Of a stretch of DNA of 31,619 nt, positions 7,971-15,973 are shown one piece after another (the first letter of the stretch is position 1; each line of letters begins with the position of its first letter). Source of the stretch: Candidatus Competibacteraceae bacterium (lineage in GTDB: Bacteria > Pseudomonadota > Gammaproteobacteria > Competibacterales > Competibacteraceae); NCBI GenBank assembly GCA_036846405.1, contig DAIUCA010000002.1, positions 2,881 to 34,499 on the forward strand. The letters run 5' to 3'. The notes below the pieces were generated by a model. That model made no database searches. It was given only the letters and a program-made list of their open reading frames with translations, and was not told the origin of the DNA. The position numbers were made by a program, and so were the translations under genes.

Positions 7971-8579
7971 TTAGCCCACGGCTTTCTGGTATTCGGCAGC
8001 CACAAATTCCCAATTCACCACATTCCACCAGTTGGCGATGTAGTCGGGACGCTTGTTCTGATACTTCAGGTAGTAGGCGTGCTCCCACACATCGAGGGCC
8101 AAAATCGGTTTGCCAATCGACGGGGCCACATCCATCAACGGGTTGTCTTGGTTCGCCGTCGAGGTCACTTCTAACTTACCGTCCTTCACGATCAGCCACG
8201 CAAACCCCGACCCAAAGCGGTTCAAGCCTTCTGTGCTCATTTTCTCTTTGAAGGCGTCGAAGCTGCCGAACGCGCCGTCAATCGCCACCGCCAACGCGCC
8301 GTCGGGCTTACCGCTGCTCGTGGCCGTCATGCAGTTCCAATACATGATGTGGTTGTAAAAACCGCCACCGTTATTGCGCACCGCCACCGGGGCGCGAGAA
8401 ATTTCCGCCAAGATCGACTCGAGGGGCGCATCGGCCATGGCCGTGTCTTTGACCGCCGCCATGAACTTGTCGAAGTAGGCGCGATGGTGCTTGCCATAGT
8501 GAATTTCCATGGTCTGCGCGTCGATATACGGCTCTAACGCGTTGAAATCGTAGGGTAAATCGGGGAATTGAAAGCTCAT
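7971..8579 (-). CDS. Superoxide dismutase, Fe/Mn family
   Basis: MSFQFPDLPYDFNALEPYIDAQTMEIHYGKHHRAYF...DVWEHAYYLKYQNKRPDYIANWWNVVNWEF is the canonical Fe/Mn-SOD sequence with metal ligands in the HYGKHH and DVWEHAYY motifs. The real start is the internal ATG (complement 8577-8579) preceded by AGGAG. The STANQDNPLM and GGGFYNH motifs lean towards Mn-type/cambialistic. Confidence 0.9.
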   Translation of the reverse strand: MSFQFPDLPYDFNALEPYIDAQTMEIHYGKHHRAYFDKFMAAVKDTAMADAPLESILAEISRAPVAVRNNGGGFYNHIMYWNCMTATSSGKPDGALAVAIDGAFGSFDAFKEKMSTEGLNRFGSGFAWLIVKDGKLEVTSTANQDNPLMDVAPSIGKPILALDVWEHAYYLKYQNKRPDYIANWWNVVNWEFVAAEYQKAVG

Positions 8580-8595
8580 GAGCAATCTCCTGAGA

Positions 8596-9294
8596 TCATG
8601 GATTTGTGGTGGATGGCACATCGGCAATCGCCACGGCCGGGGGCCGCGTCGCCGCTGTCTGTAGATAGCGATCAAGGGCGTTTTTCGCCGCAATCAGGGC
8701 AGCAAGTCCAAAAAAAGCCCCGGGCGGCAACACAGCGACCAAAAATCCGGGGTAATCCGCCCACTGAACCGTCCACGAGCGGGCGCCCTCGCCAAACACT
8801 AAATGCGCATCCGCCAGCAGGGTTCCGTGGCCCACGAGCTCCCGCAGACTGCCCAACACCACGAGCACCGCCGCAAAGCCCAAGGCCATCATGAGGCCGT
8901 CAAAGAGCGCCCGCCGCGCGTCGTGGCGCGACGCGAACGCCTCTGCCCGCCCGATAACGATGCAGTTGGTCACGATGAGCGGAATGAAAATGCCCAGAAT
9001 CTGGTACAGCTCGAAGAAGAACGCGCGGATCACGAGTTCCACCGCCGTCACACAGCCCGCAATGATCACCACAAACACGGCGATCCGAATCTCCGGCCGC
9101 AGATAACCCCGCACCAAGGCGATGACGCCGTTCGTTAGGGTGAGCACCAAAATGGTCGCTAGAGCCAAGCCAAAGGCATTAATGGCGTTGGTGGTCACCG
9201 CCAGCAGCGGACACAGCCCCAACAGTTGCACCAGCCCGGGGTTGTTTGCCCACAGGCCATTTTTGGCGATGTCGCCGTAACTCGGTTCGTTCAT
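8596..9294 (-). CDS. rnfE: Ion-translocating oxidoreductase complex subunit E (RnfE/RsxE)
   Basis: MNEPSYGDIAKNGLWANNPGLVQLLGLCPLLAVTTNAINAFGLALATILVLTLTNG... is classic RnfE. The start ATG overlaps the rnfG stop in ATGA. Confidence 0.85.
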   Translation of the reverse strand: MNEPSYGDIAKNGLWANNPGLVQLLGLCPLLAVTTNAINAFGLALATILVLTLTNGVIALVRGYLRPEIRIAVFVVIIAGCVTAVELVIRAFFFELYQILGIFIPLIVTNCIVIGRAEAFASRHDARRALFDGLMMALGFAAVLVVLGSLRELVGHGTLLADAHLVFGEGARSWTVQWADYPGFLVAVLPPGAFFGLAALIAAKNALDRYLQTAATRPPAVAIADVPSTTNP

Positions 9295-9905
9295 GGCGTA
9301 ACCGCTCCCGTGAGTTCGTCGTGATGTTTTTCGAGGTATTTCAAGGTGTTCGCCACGGCTTTCACCACGGCGCGGGGCGTAATCGTCGCCCCGGTAAATT
9401 GGTCGAAGTCGCCTTGATCTTTGCGCACTTTCCACCGCGCCGCGGTTGGATTGCCCAACGACTTGCCGTCGAACTGGTGCAGCCAATCGGCGCGGCGTAA
9501 ATCCAGCTCGTCGCTAAAACCAGGCGTTTCGCGGTGAGCGACCACGCGCACCCCGACAACTTCCCGCGCCGCATTCACACCCACCAGCAACCGAATCGCC
9601 CCGTTGTAACCGTCTGCCGCGACGGTTTCGGCAATCGCGCCGCCCCATGCCCCCGCTTGGCGCAGGGGAAAAATCGCCACCACGCCACTCGCGTCGTCAT
9701 TCACGACGCGCCGTTCCGCGAGGGGATCGTTGGTGTAGGCCACGGCGGCAATGCCGTTAAGCAGCGCCAATTGGGCAACGCGCTCGTTTTCGGCGATCTG
9801 CGGCGCGGCCACTTGATACGCCACCGCCAACACGAGGGTCGCCGCCGCCGTAAATCCCGCCAACAAGGCCGTCGCCTGCTGGGTTGCCTGCACCACGGAA
9901 GTCAT
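9291..9905 (-). CDS. rnfG: Ion-translocating oxidoreductase complex subunit G (RnfG), FMN-binding
   Basis: 204-aa product from the internal ATG (complement 9903-9905): N-terminal TM segment, FMN-binding-domain-like core (...[38 protein letters not shown]..., ...[14 protein letters not shown]). ATGA overlap with the rnfD stop. The 361-aa track ORF is an artefactual extension. Confidence 0.85.
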   Translation of the reverse strand: [204 protein letters not shown]

Positions 9906-10906
9906 GTGCCGAACACGCGCGGTTTGGCGTAAATGTCCAGGGTGGGCGCGGTGATATTCATGAGCAGCACCGCAAAGGCGACGGCGTCCGGATAGCTGCC
10001 GTAGCTGCGGATGACAAAAATCAGTGTCCCCACGCCGATGCCGAAAATCACCCGTCCCAGGGGCGTGGTGCTGGCAGAAACCGGGTCGGTGGCAATGAAA
10101 AACGCGCCAAAAATCGCCGCCCCACTGAACACATGAAACAGCGCCGACGGATACCGCTGGGGTTCGAGCAGGTGAAACACCGACGCCAACAGCAGTAGCG
10201 TCAACAAAATGCTCAGCGGAATGCGCCAGTCGGCGGCTTTGGTCCACACCAACCAGACACCGCCCGCGAGAAACGCCAGATTTACCCATTCCCAGCCCGA
10301 CGCACCCAAGACGCCAAAGGGCAGTTGACTCAGTAAGGCGTCGCTTACTGGCCCCGATCGCGTAGCGGTGCGCCACACATCCAGGACAGTCGCCCCCGTA
10401 ATGCCGTCGGGTTGGCTAAAGAAAATCGCATTAATTGCGCCGTTCAGCGTGACCCATTCGCCGCCAGCGGTAGTCGGTAAGGGCCATTGGCTCAAAGCTT
10501 GGGGAAACGCCACTAGCACCATCACATAGCCCACCATGGCGGGATTGAACGGATTAAAGCCCAAACCGCCGTACAGCTGTTTGGCAATGACGATGGCGGA
10601 AAACACGGCGATGGTCGAAATCCAGGCCGGCAACAGGGGCGGTAAGGAAATGGCGAGCAACCAGGCGGTCACCAGGGCACTGTTATCGCGCAAGGGCCGC
10701 AAGGAACGCTGGCGCAACAGCAGCATGGCCGCTTCAAACAGGACAGCGAGAAAACTCACCCACAGGATTTGGATGATAATGCCCCAGCCAAACAGTAAGA
10801 ACAGTAAGGCAACCCCCGGTAAACAGGCAATCACCACCCGCAACATGACCCACGACACGGAATCCGTCGGATCAATGTGGGGTGAATCTTGTAGGGCGAA
10901 ACGCAT
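9902..10906 (-). CDS. rnfD: Ion-translocating oxidoreductase complex subunit D (RnfD)
   Basis: 334-aa polytopic membrane protein with the RnfD/NqrB-like motif ...TGATVLDVW... and FMN-attachment-type region SGAAIFGAFFIATDPVSASTTPLG. Confidence 0.85.
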   Translation of the reverse strand: MRFALQDSPHIDPTDSVSWVMLRVVIACLPGVALLFLLFGWGIIIQILWVSFLAVLFEAAMLLLRQRSLRPLRDNSALVTAWLLAISLPPLLPAWISTIAVFSAIVIAKQLYGGLGFNPFNPAMVGYVMVLVAFPQALSQWPLPTTAGGEWVTLNGAINAIFFSQPDGITGATVLDVWRTATRSGPVSDALLSQLPFGVLGASGWEWVNLAFLAGGVWLVWTKAADWRIPLSILLTLLLLASVFHLLEPQRYPSALFHVFSGAAIFGAFFIATDPVSASTTPLGRVIFGIGVGTLIFVIRSYGSYPDAVAFAVLLMNITAPTLDIYAKPRVFGT

Positions 10907-10907
10907 T

Positions 10908-12467
10908 TTAGGCTTTCTCTCCTTGATTATTCGGAGTTTCCCGACTTTCTACCGTCTTGTCGCTCAGAACGGGATTTTTCGCCACAGAATGTGTCGCCAC
11001 GGGTTTCACGGCGGCTTTCTTTTCCCGCTGCTTGGCGTCTTTCTCCGCCTGTTCCTTCGCTTGGCGGGTTTGCCGATTTTCATGGCGTTGACGGGCTAAA
11101 TCCGCTTTGCGCTTGTCTTTTTCCTTCGTCCACAGCTCGCCCTTTGCGTAACGATAGTAAGAAACCAGGGGAATTTGGCTCGGACAGACCGCTGCACAGC
11201 AACCACATTCGATGCAATCAAACAGGTGATAGTCGGATAATTTGTCGAATTCCCGACTTTTGGCGTGCCAGTACAGTTGCTGGGGCAGCAAATGGGACGG
11301 ACAGACCTGCACACATTGGCCGCAGCGAATGCACGGGTCGGGATCGCGGGGCGGACGAGCCAGTTGCGCCGTCGCCAAGAGGCAATTCATTCCCTTGGTA
11401 ATGGGAATCTCATCGGTAAGGAGCGCGAATCCCATCATAGGACCGCCCACTAACAAGCGTTTCACATTCGGGGTGTAACCGCCGCAAGCCGCCACCAGGT
11501 CGCTAACGCGGGTGCCCAAGCGCACCTCAGCCACCTGGGGCTGGTTTACCGCGTCGCCGGTCAGCGTAATCAGCCGCGAAATCAACGGTTTACCGTGAAC
11601 AGCGGCTTGGAACAGGGCGTAGGCCGTGCCCACGTTGTGGCAAATCGCCCCGATGTCCACGGGCAACTTACCGCTGGGCACCTCGCGGCCGGTAAGGATT
11701 TTGATGAGTTGTTTCTCGCCGCCGGTGGGGTAAATCGTGGGGACAGCCACCACGGTGATTGCGAAATCGGGCGGCAGCACCGCCGCGGCGACGGCGGTTT
11801 CCATGGCGCGAATCGCAGCGGGCTTGCTGTCCTCAATGCCGATGAGCGCCCGCGCGATACCCAAGGCCCGCAGCATAAAGGCGACGCCGACCACCACCTC
11901 TGCCGCCCGCGTGGTCATGAGCATTTCGTCGCAGGTGATATACGGCTCGCACTCGGCGCCGTTGACGATCAACAGCTCCAGGGGATGCACCGAATTGGGC
12001 ACGGCATTCGCCGCCAGCTTCACCGCCGTGGGAAACGCCGCGCCGCCCAAACCCACCAAGCCGCCGTCCCGCGCCCGCGCCTGAATCGCGGCGGGATCAG
12101 CATCAAGCGCCAGCGGCGGCAAGGGCGCCACCCATTCATCGCGGCCATCCGTATCAATCGCGATACAAGGCGCGGTGAGGTTGGAAGGATGAGGAATCGC
12201 GTGGTGTTCGATGGCACTCACAATTCCCGAACTGGGCGCATGAATCGGGGCGCTGATGTAGCCATCAGCCCGCGCGATCACCTGTCCCGTCTGTACAAAA
12301 TCTCCCATGTTGACGACGGGTTTAGCGGGTTGGCCGATGTTTTGTTGTAGCGGCACCACCAACTGGGCGGGAATGGGGAGGATGCGCAGGGGCTGGCCGA
12401 GGGAATCGGTCTTGTGGGGATCGAGGTGCAGTCCGCCAAAGGGGGTGGTGAGTGGGATGGCGTTCAT
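10908..12467 (-). CDS. rnfC: Ion-translocating oxidoreductase complex subunit C (RnfC), with two 4Fe-4S ferredoxin motifs and a Lys/Glu-rich C-terminal tail
   Basis: 519 aa. Motifs GGAAFPTAVK and LIVNGAECEPYITCD. Two CxxCxxCxxxCP motifs (CIRCGQCVQVCP, CIECGCCAAVCP). Low-complexity KEKDKRKADLARQRHENRQTRQAKEQAEKDAKQREKK tail. Confidence 0.9.
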   Translation of the reverse strand: MNAIPLTTPFGGLHLDPHKTDSLGQPLRILPIPAQLVVPLQQNIGQPAKPVVNMGDFVQTGQVIARADGYISAPIHAPSSGIVSAIEHHAIPHPSNLTAPCIAIDTDGRDEWVAPLPPLALDADPAAIQARARDGGLVGLGGAAFPTAVKLAANAVPNSVHPLELLIVNGAECEPYITCDEMLMTTRAAEVVVGVAFMLRALGIARALIGIEDSKPAAIRAMETAVAAAVLPPDFAITVVAVPTIYPTGGEKQLIKILTGREVPSGKLPVDIGAICHNVGTAYALFQAAVHGKPLISRLITLTGDAVNQPQVAEVRLGTRVSDLVAACGGYTPNVKRLLVGGPMMGFALLTDEIPITKGMNCLLATAQLARPPRDPDPCIRCGQCVQVCPSHLLPQQLYWHAKSREFDKLSDYHLFDCIECGCCAAVCPSQIPLVSYYRYAKGELWTKEKDKRKADLARQRHENRQTRQAKEQAEKDAKQREKKAAVKPVATHSVAKNPVLSDKTVESRETPNNQGEKA

Positions 12468-12470
12468 AAT

Positions 12471-13013
12471 TTAAGCGGTTGCCACGCGGGGTTGGGGCCA
12501 TTTCCAGGAATCGAGGGTGACGGCGACGGGCCGCATGTCGATGCAATCCACCGGACAGGGGGCGAGGCAGAGTTCGCAGCCGGTGCATTCCTTCGCGATC
12601 ACCGTGTGCATTTGCTTGGCGGCGCCGAGGATGGCGTCCACCGGGCAGGCCTGCACGCACAGGGTGCAACCAATGCAGGTTTGCTCGTCGATGACGGCGA
12701 CGGCCTTGGGTTTTTCTTCAGCAATGAGCGGTTTGGGTTCGCGATTCAGCAGGTCGGCGAGGGCCAACACGGTCATTTGGCCGCCTGGCGGGCAGCGGTT
12801 GATGTCCGCACCGTCGTTGGCGATGGCCGTGGCGTAGGGGCGACAGCCCGGGTAGCCGCATTGGCCACATTGGGTTTGCGGCAATAGGGCGTCGATTTGA
12901 TCCACCAGCGGATCGCCTTCGACGGCAAAGCGGGCGGCTACAAATCCCAAAATCACGCCAAAAACGGCGGCTAACCCACTTAATGCCAGTAAGGCAGAAA
13001 TAATCGCCAACAT
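12471..13013 (-). CDS. rnfB: Ion-translocating oxidoreductase complex subunit B (RnfB), polyferredoxin
   Basis: N-terminal TM helix, then [13 protein letters not shown] and the 4Fe-4S motifs [12 protein letters not shown] and [12 protein letters not shown]. Confidence 0.9.
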   Translation of the reverse strand: MLAIISALLALSGLAAVFGVILGFVAARFAVEGDPLVDQIDALLPQTQCGQCGYPGCRPYATAIANDGADINRCPPGGQMTVLALADLLNREPKPLIAEEKPKAVAVIDEQTCIGCTLCVQACPVDAILGAAKQMHTVIAKECTGCELCLAPCPVDCIDMRPVAVTLDSWKWPQPRVATA

Positions 13014-13014
13014 G

Positions 13015-13596
13015 TTAATTCCTCACTAATCCGGAAAATCCCATAAAGGCTAATGACATTAGCCCGGCGGTGATTAAACCAATGGCAGATCCGCGAAACG
13101 GCATCGGAACATCGGCGACGGCAATTTTCTCGCGAATGGCGGCAAATAAAATTAAGACCAAAGTAAATCCCAAGGCGGCGCCTAAGCCGTAAATAGCCGA
13201 GGCCAATAAATCGTGTTTTTGCTGGATATTGAGCAGTGCTACGCCGAGGACAGCGCAGTTGGTGGTGATGAGCGGCAGATAAATCCCCAACACTTGATAC
13301 AGCAGAGGACTGGTGTAGTGGAGCACCATTTCCGTGAATTGCACGACGACGGCAATGGATAAAATCAAAGCAAGGGTGCGCAAATATTCTAATTCCAAGG
13401 GCATCAGAATGAAGGTGTTGACTAAATAAGACGACACGGAAGACAGGGTTAAAACAAAAGCGGTTGCTAACCCTAATCCGAGGGCCGAACTGAGCTTATT
13501 CGACACCCCCATAAACGGGCATAACCCGAGAAACTTCACGAGCACAAAATTGTTCACCAAAATCGTGCTCACTAATATCAATGCGTATTCCGCCAT
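13015..13596 (-). CDS. rnfA: Ion-translocating oxidoreductase complex subunit A (RnfA)
   Basis: 193-aa product from the internal ATG (complement 13594-13596), [32 protein letters not shown]..., the canonical RnfA/NqrE N-terminus. A GGGGA RBS is present. The 221-aa track ORF is an extension. Confidence 0.9.
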   Translation of the reverse strand: MAEYALILVSTILVNNFVLVKFLGLCPFMGVSNKLSSALGLGLATAFVLTLSSVSSYLVNTFILMPLELEYLRTLALILSIAVVVQFTEMVLHYTSPLLYQVLGIYLPLITTNCAVLGVALLNIQQKHDLLASAIYGLGAALGFTLVLILFAAIREKIAVADVPMPFRGSAIGLITAGLMSLAFMGFSGLVRN

Positions 13597-13789
13597 AACA
13601 ATTTCCCCAAAAATGGTTGCCCCGACAGGCGGGTGAATGCGGATGCGAAAACCTAGCAAATCACTCGGGTAAAAAGCCAATGCAGTGATGTCGCAAGCAT
13701 ATAACCCACACTCAGCCAGAACCTTGATTTACGGCATAAGACAAGGCGGTTTGATCTTTGGGGCTACACCGTAAAAATCTTTAATCAAA

Positions 13790-15133
13790 TCAATGGTGAT
13801 CGAGCTGTTTTTTGAACAAATGGATGCGCCAGGCGAGCAGCGCCACCACCAGGGGAATGGCGATGCCGGTCACCACGTCTGGATTGAGAGGCACGCCCAA
13901 TTTGCTCAAGGCTTTGGCGCCATAGCCCACTAAACCCACCAGGTAGTAGCTCAAAACCACCACCGACAGGCCCTCGACGGTTTCTTGCAGGCGTAATTGC
14001 AAGTCGGCTCGGCGATTCATGGAGGCCAACAGGGCTTGACTTTGCTGTTGCATCGAGACGTCCACGCGGGTTTGCAGCAGGGCGCTGGCGCGGGCGATGC
14101 GTTGGGAAAGCTGTCCCTGCCACTCGCTCATGGCCTCAATGGTGCGCATGGCTGGCGCCAGTCGCCGTTCCATAAACCCTTCCAGGGTTTGCAATCCCTC
14201 CAGCCGTTGTTCGCGGATTTCGCCAATGCGCTTGGTCACCAGGGCGTAGTAAGCCCGACTGGCCGCGAAACGGTAGGTATGACTCGCCACACTGTTCTCG
14301 ACAACGGCAGCCAATTGGGTCAATTCCGACAATAACGCCGTTTCGTCGATGATTTCTTCTGCTTGATGACTTTCATTACTCGTATTCATTTCCTTGTCGG
14401 CGACGGCATCCATGCGACCAATCAGGCTGGCGAGTTGTTTTTCCCATTTATCCAGCTGGGACGCCAGTTTCCTTGCGGGTATGAATCCCAACATGGCAAG
14501 GGAACGGTAACTTTCGATTTCGAGCAGGTGCTGAACCAACCGCCCGGCCTGGCGCGGCGTCAAGCCGTAATCGTGGATGAGTAGGCGATCAAAACCGTCG
14601 TTGTGAATCCGAAAATCGCTCCACACGCAGGCGGTGCCGTCGAGCACGCGGCTACCCGCCAGGTTCGAGGTACCAAACAACCGCTCAGTCTCTTGGGCGT
14701 TGGGCGGGCCTTTGTCGCTGGTTTCGATGATGACGTGGGTCGCCACGAGCACATCACCACTCAAACTTTGCAGCCAATCCGTGGGCACGAGGGCGATGGG
14801 CGGCGCCACAAACGGGTCATCGGGCTGGGTTTCGGTGCGCGAAAACGTGAAGGTGGAAAACTCGTTGTGGCGCTCCCACCGCAGGCGAATCGCGCCCAAA
14901 TCGGCAAACCAAAACGGGGCGTCATCCGTGGGTTCGGGGGCGTTGTAGCGACGGCACAGTTCCGCCACTTGACGACAATCCGCCAGAGTGCCGCCCGGCC
15001 CGGACAGCACGGCCAAATGGGACGCGCGCAGAGGCGAATGAACCTCTTCCGACGGGCGGGCGTGGAGTTCGCGGTCGAGGACGCGGCGCTGGGAATGTTC
15101 GCGGAGACCCGCCAGCAATGCAGGACGATTCAT
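13790..15133 (-). CDS. DUF3422/COG4949 membrane-anchored protein
   Basis: 447 aa. Large soluble N-terminal region with coiled-coil segments and C-terminal TM helices (LSVVVLSYYLVGLVGYGAKAL..GIAIPLVVALLAW), matching the DUF3422 family layout. Confidence 0.65.
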   Translation of the reverse strand: MNRPALLAGLREHSQRRVLDRELHARPSEEVHSPLRASHLAVLSGPGGTLADCRQVAELCRRYNAPEPTDDAPFWFADLGAIRLRWERHNEFSTFTFSRTETQPDDPFVAPPIALVPTDWLQSLSGDVLVATHVIIETSDKGPPNAQETERLFGTSNLAGSRVLDGTACVWSDFRIHNDGFDRLLIHDYGLTPRQAGRLVQHLLEIESYRSLAMLGFIPARKLASQLDKWEKQLASLIGRMDAVADKEMNTSNESHQAEEIIDETALLSELTQLAAVVENSVASHTYRFAASRAYYALVTKRIGEIREQRLEGLQTLEGFMERRLAPAMRTIEAMSEWQGQLSQRIARASALLQTRVDVSMQQQSQALLASMNRRADLQLRLQETVEGLSVVVLSYYLVGLVGYGAKALSKLGVPLNPDVVTGIAIPLVVALLAWRIHLFKKQLDHH

Positions 15134-15169
15134 GGAAAACGGCTCTTATTTGGGAGGGGTAATGGGGCA

Positions 15170-15964
15170 TCAACTCAGACTTAACTCCAAGCCCACAATG
15201 GCCAGAAGTAAGGCAAAGATGCGCTTGAGCCAGCGGGTAGGCAGTTGATGGGCCAACCTGGCACCCAGGGGGGCGGCCAACATGCTCACCGTCGCAATCC
15301 CCAAAAAGGCCGGCAAATACACAAAACCCATGGCCCAGGGAGGCAGTTGGGGATGTTGCCAACCCGTCGCGATGAAGCCGATGGTGCCCGACAAGGCCAC
15401 CGGAATGCCGCAGCCGGCAGACGTGGCAACCGCCTGTTTCATGGCAATGCCCCAATAACGCATCAACGGCACAAGTAGCAAACCGCCACCAATACCGGTC
15501 AGCGCGGCCACGATGCCCACGCCGACCCCCGCCGTCGGCAGCACCAGGGGCGATCGCGGCAACGCACCGCCGCCGTGGGGCTGCCATTGGGTGAACATTT
15601 GGACGGATAGCACCAGCAAGAGGCCGCCGAAGACCCGTTTCAGCAGCTCGCCGGGCAGCGCGGCAGCAAAGGCGGCACCCAACCACGCCCCAATGACAAT
15701 GCCGATGGTGAGCCTTACGACGACCGGCCATTGCACAGCCCCGTGCCGGTGGTGGCTCCACGCGGACGACAGCCCCGTGAGGACGATGGTGGCGAGGCTC
15801 GTGCCGATGGCCAAATGCACCGTGACGGTTGGGTCAATGGCCAGGTAGGGCGAAAAGTAGATCAGCACCGGCACGATGATGACGCCGCCGCCGATGCCAA
15901 GCAGTCCCGCAGCAACCCCCGCCACCGCTCCAAGAGCGGCAAAAATCAGAGTCATTTCAAGCAT
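15170..15964 (-). CDS. Sulfite exporter TauE/SafE family membrane protein (DUF81)
   Basis: 264 aa with two TauE half-repeats (GIGGGVIIVPVLIY... and GIGGGLLLVPLM...), 7-8 predicted TM helices. GAGGA RBS 6 nt upstream of the ATG at 15964. Start is 10 nt downstream of the metG stop. Confidence 0.8.
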   Translation of the reverse strand: MLEMTLIFAALGAVAGVAAGLLGIGGGVIIVPVLIYFSPYLAIDPTVTVHLAIGTSLATIVLTGLSSAWSHHRHGAVQWPVVVRLTIGIVIGAWLGAAFAAALPGELLKRVFGGLLLVLSVQMFTQWQPHGGGALPRSPLVLPTAGVGVGIVAALTGIGGGLLLVPLMRYWGIAMKQAVATSAGCGIPVALSGTIGFIATGWQHPQLPPWAMGFVYLPAFLGIATVSMLAAPLGARLAHQLPTRWLKRIFALLLAIVGLELSLS

Positions 15965-15973
15965 TTGTAGTCC

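Noticed and set aside
7645-8088. 147-aa version of the small minus-strand ORF
   Set aside because: The upstream 67 codons run through the sod terminator hairpin. The internal ATG at 7887 has an RBS and gives the conserved approx. 80-aa Trp-rich protein.
8596-13680. Extended ORFs for rnfE (296 aa), rnfG (361 aa) and rnfA (221 aa) in the ORF track
   Set aside because: The extensions overlap the upstream rnf genes in other frames and lack homology. Internal ATGs coincide with the canonical Rnf N-termini and form ATGA overlaps or good RBS spacing.
14603-15184. 193-aa plus-strand ORF and other plus ORFs (13997..14335, 14634..14948) inside the DUF3422 gene
   Set aside because: Antisense to a well-formed 447-aa ORF with recognisable family features. 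Composition is Gly/Arg-rich low complexity.
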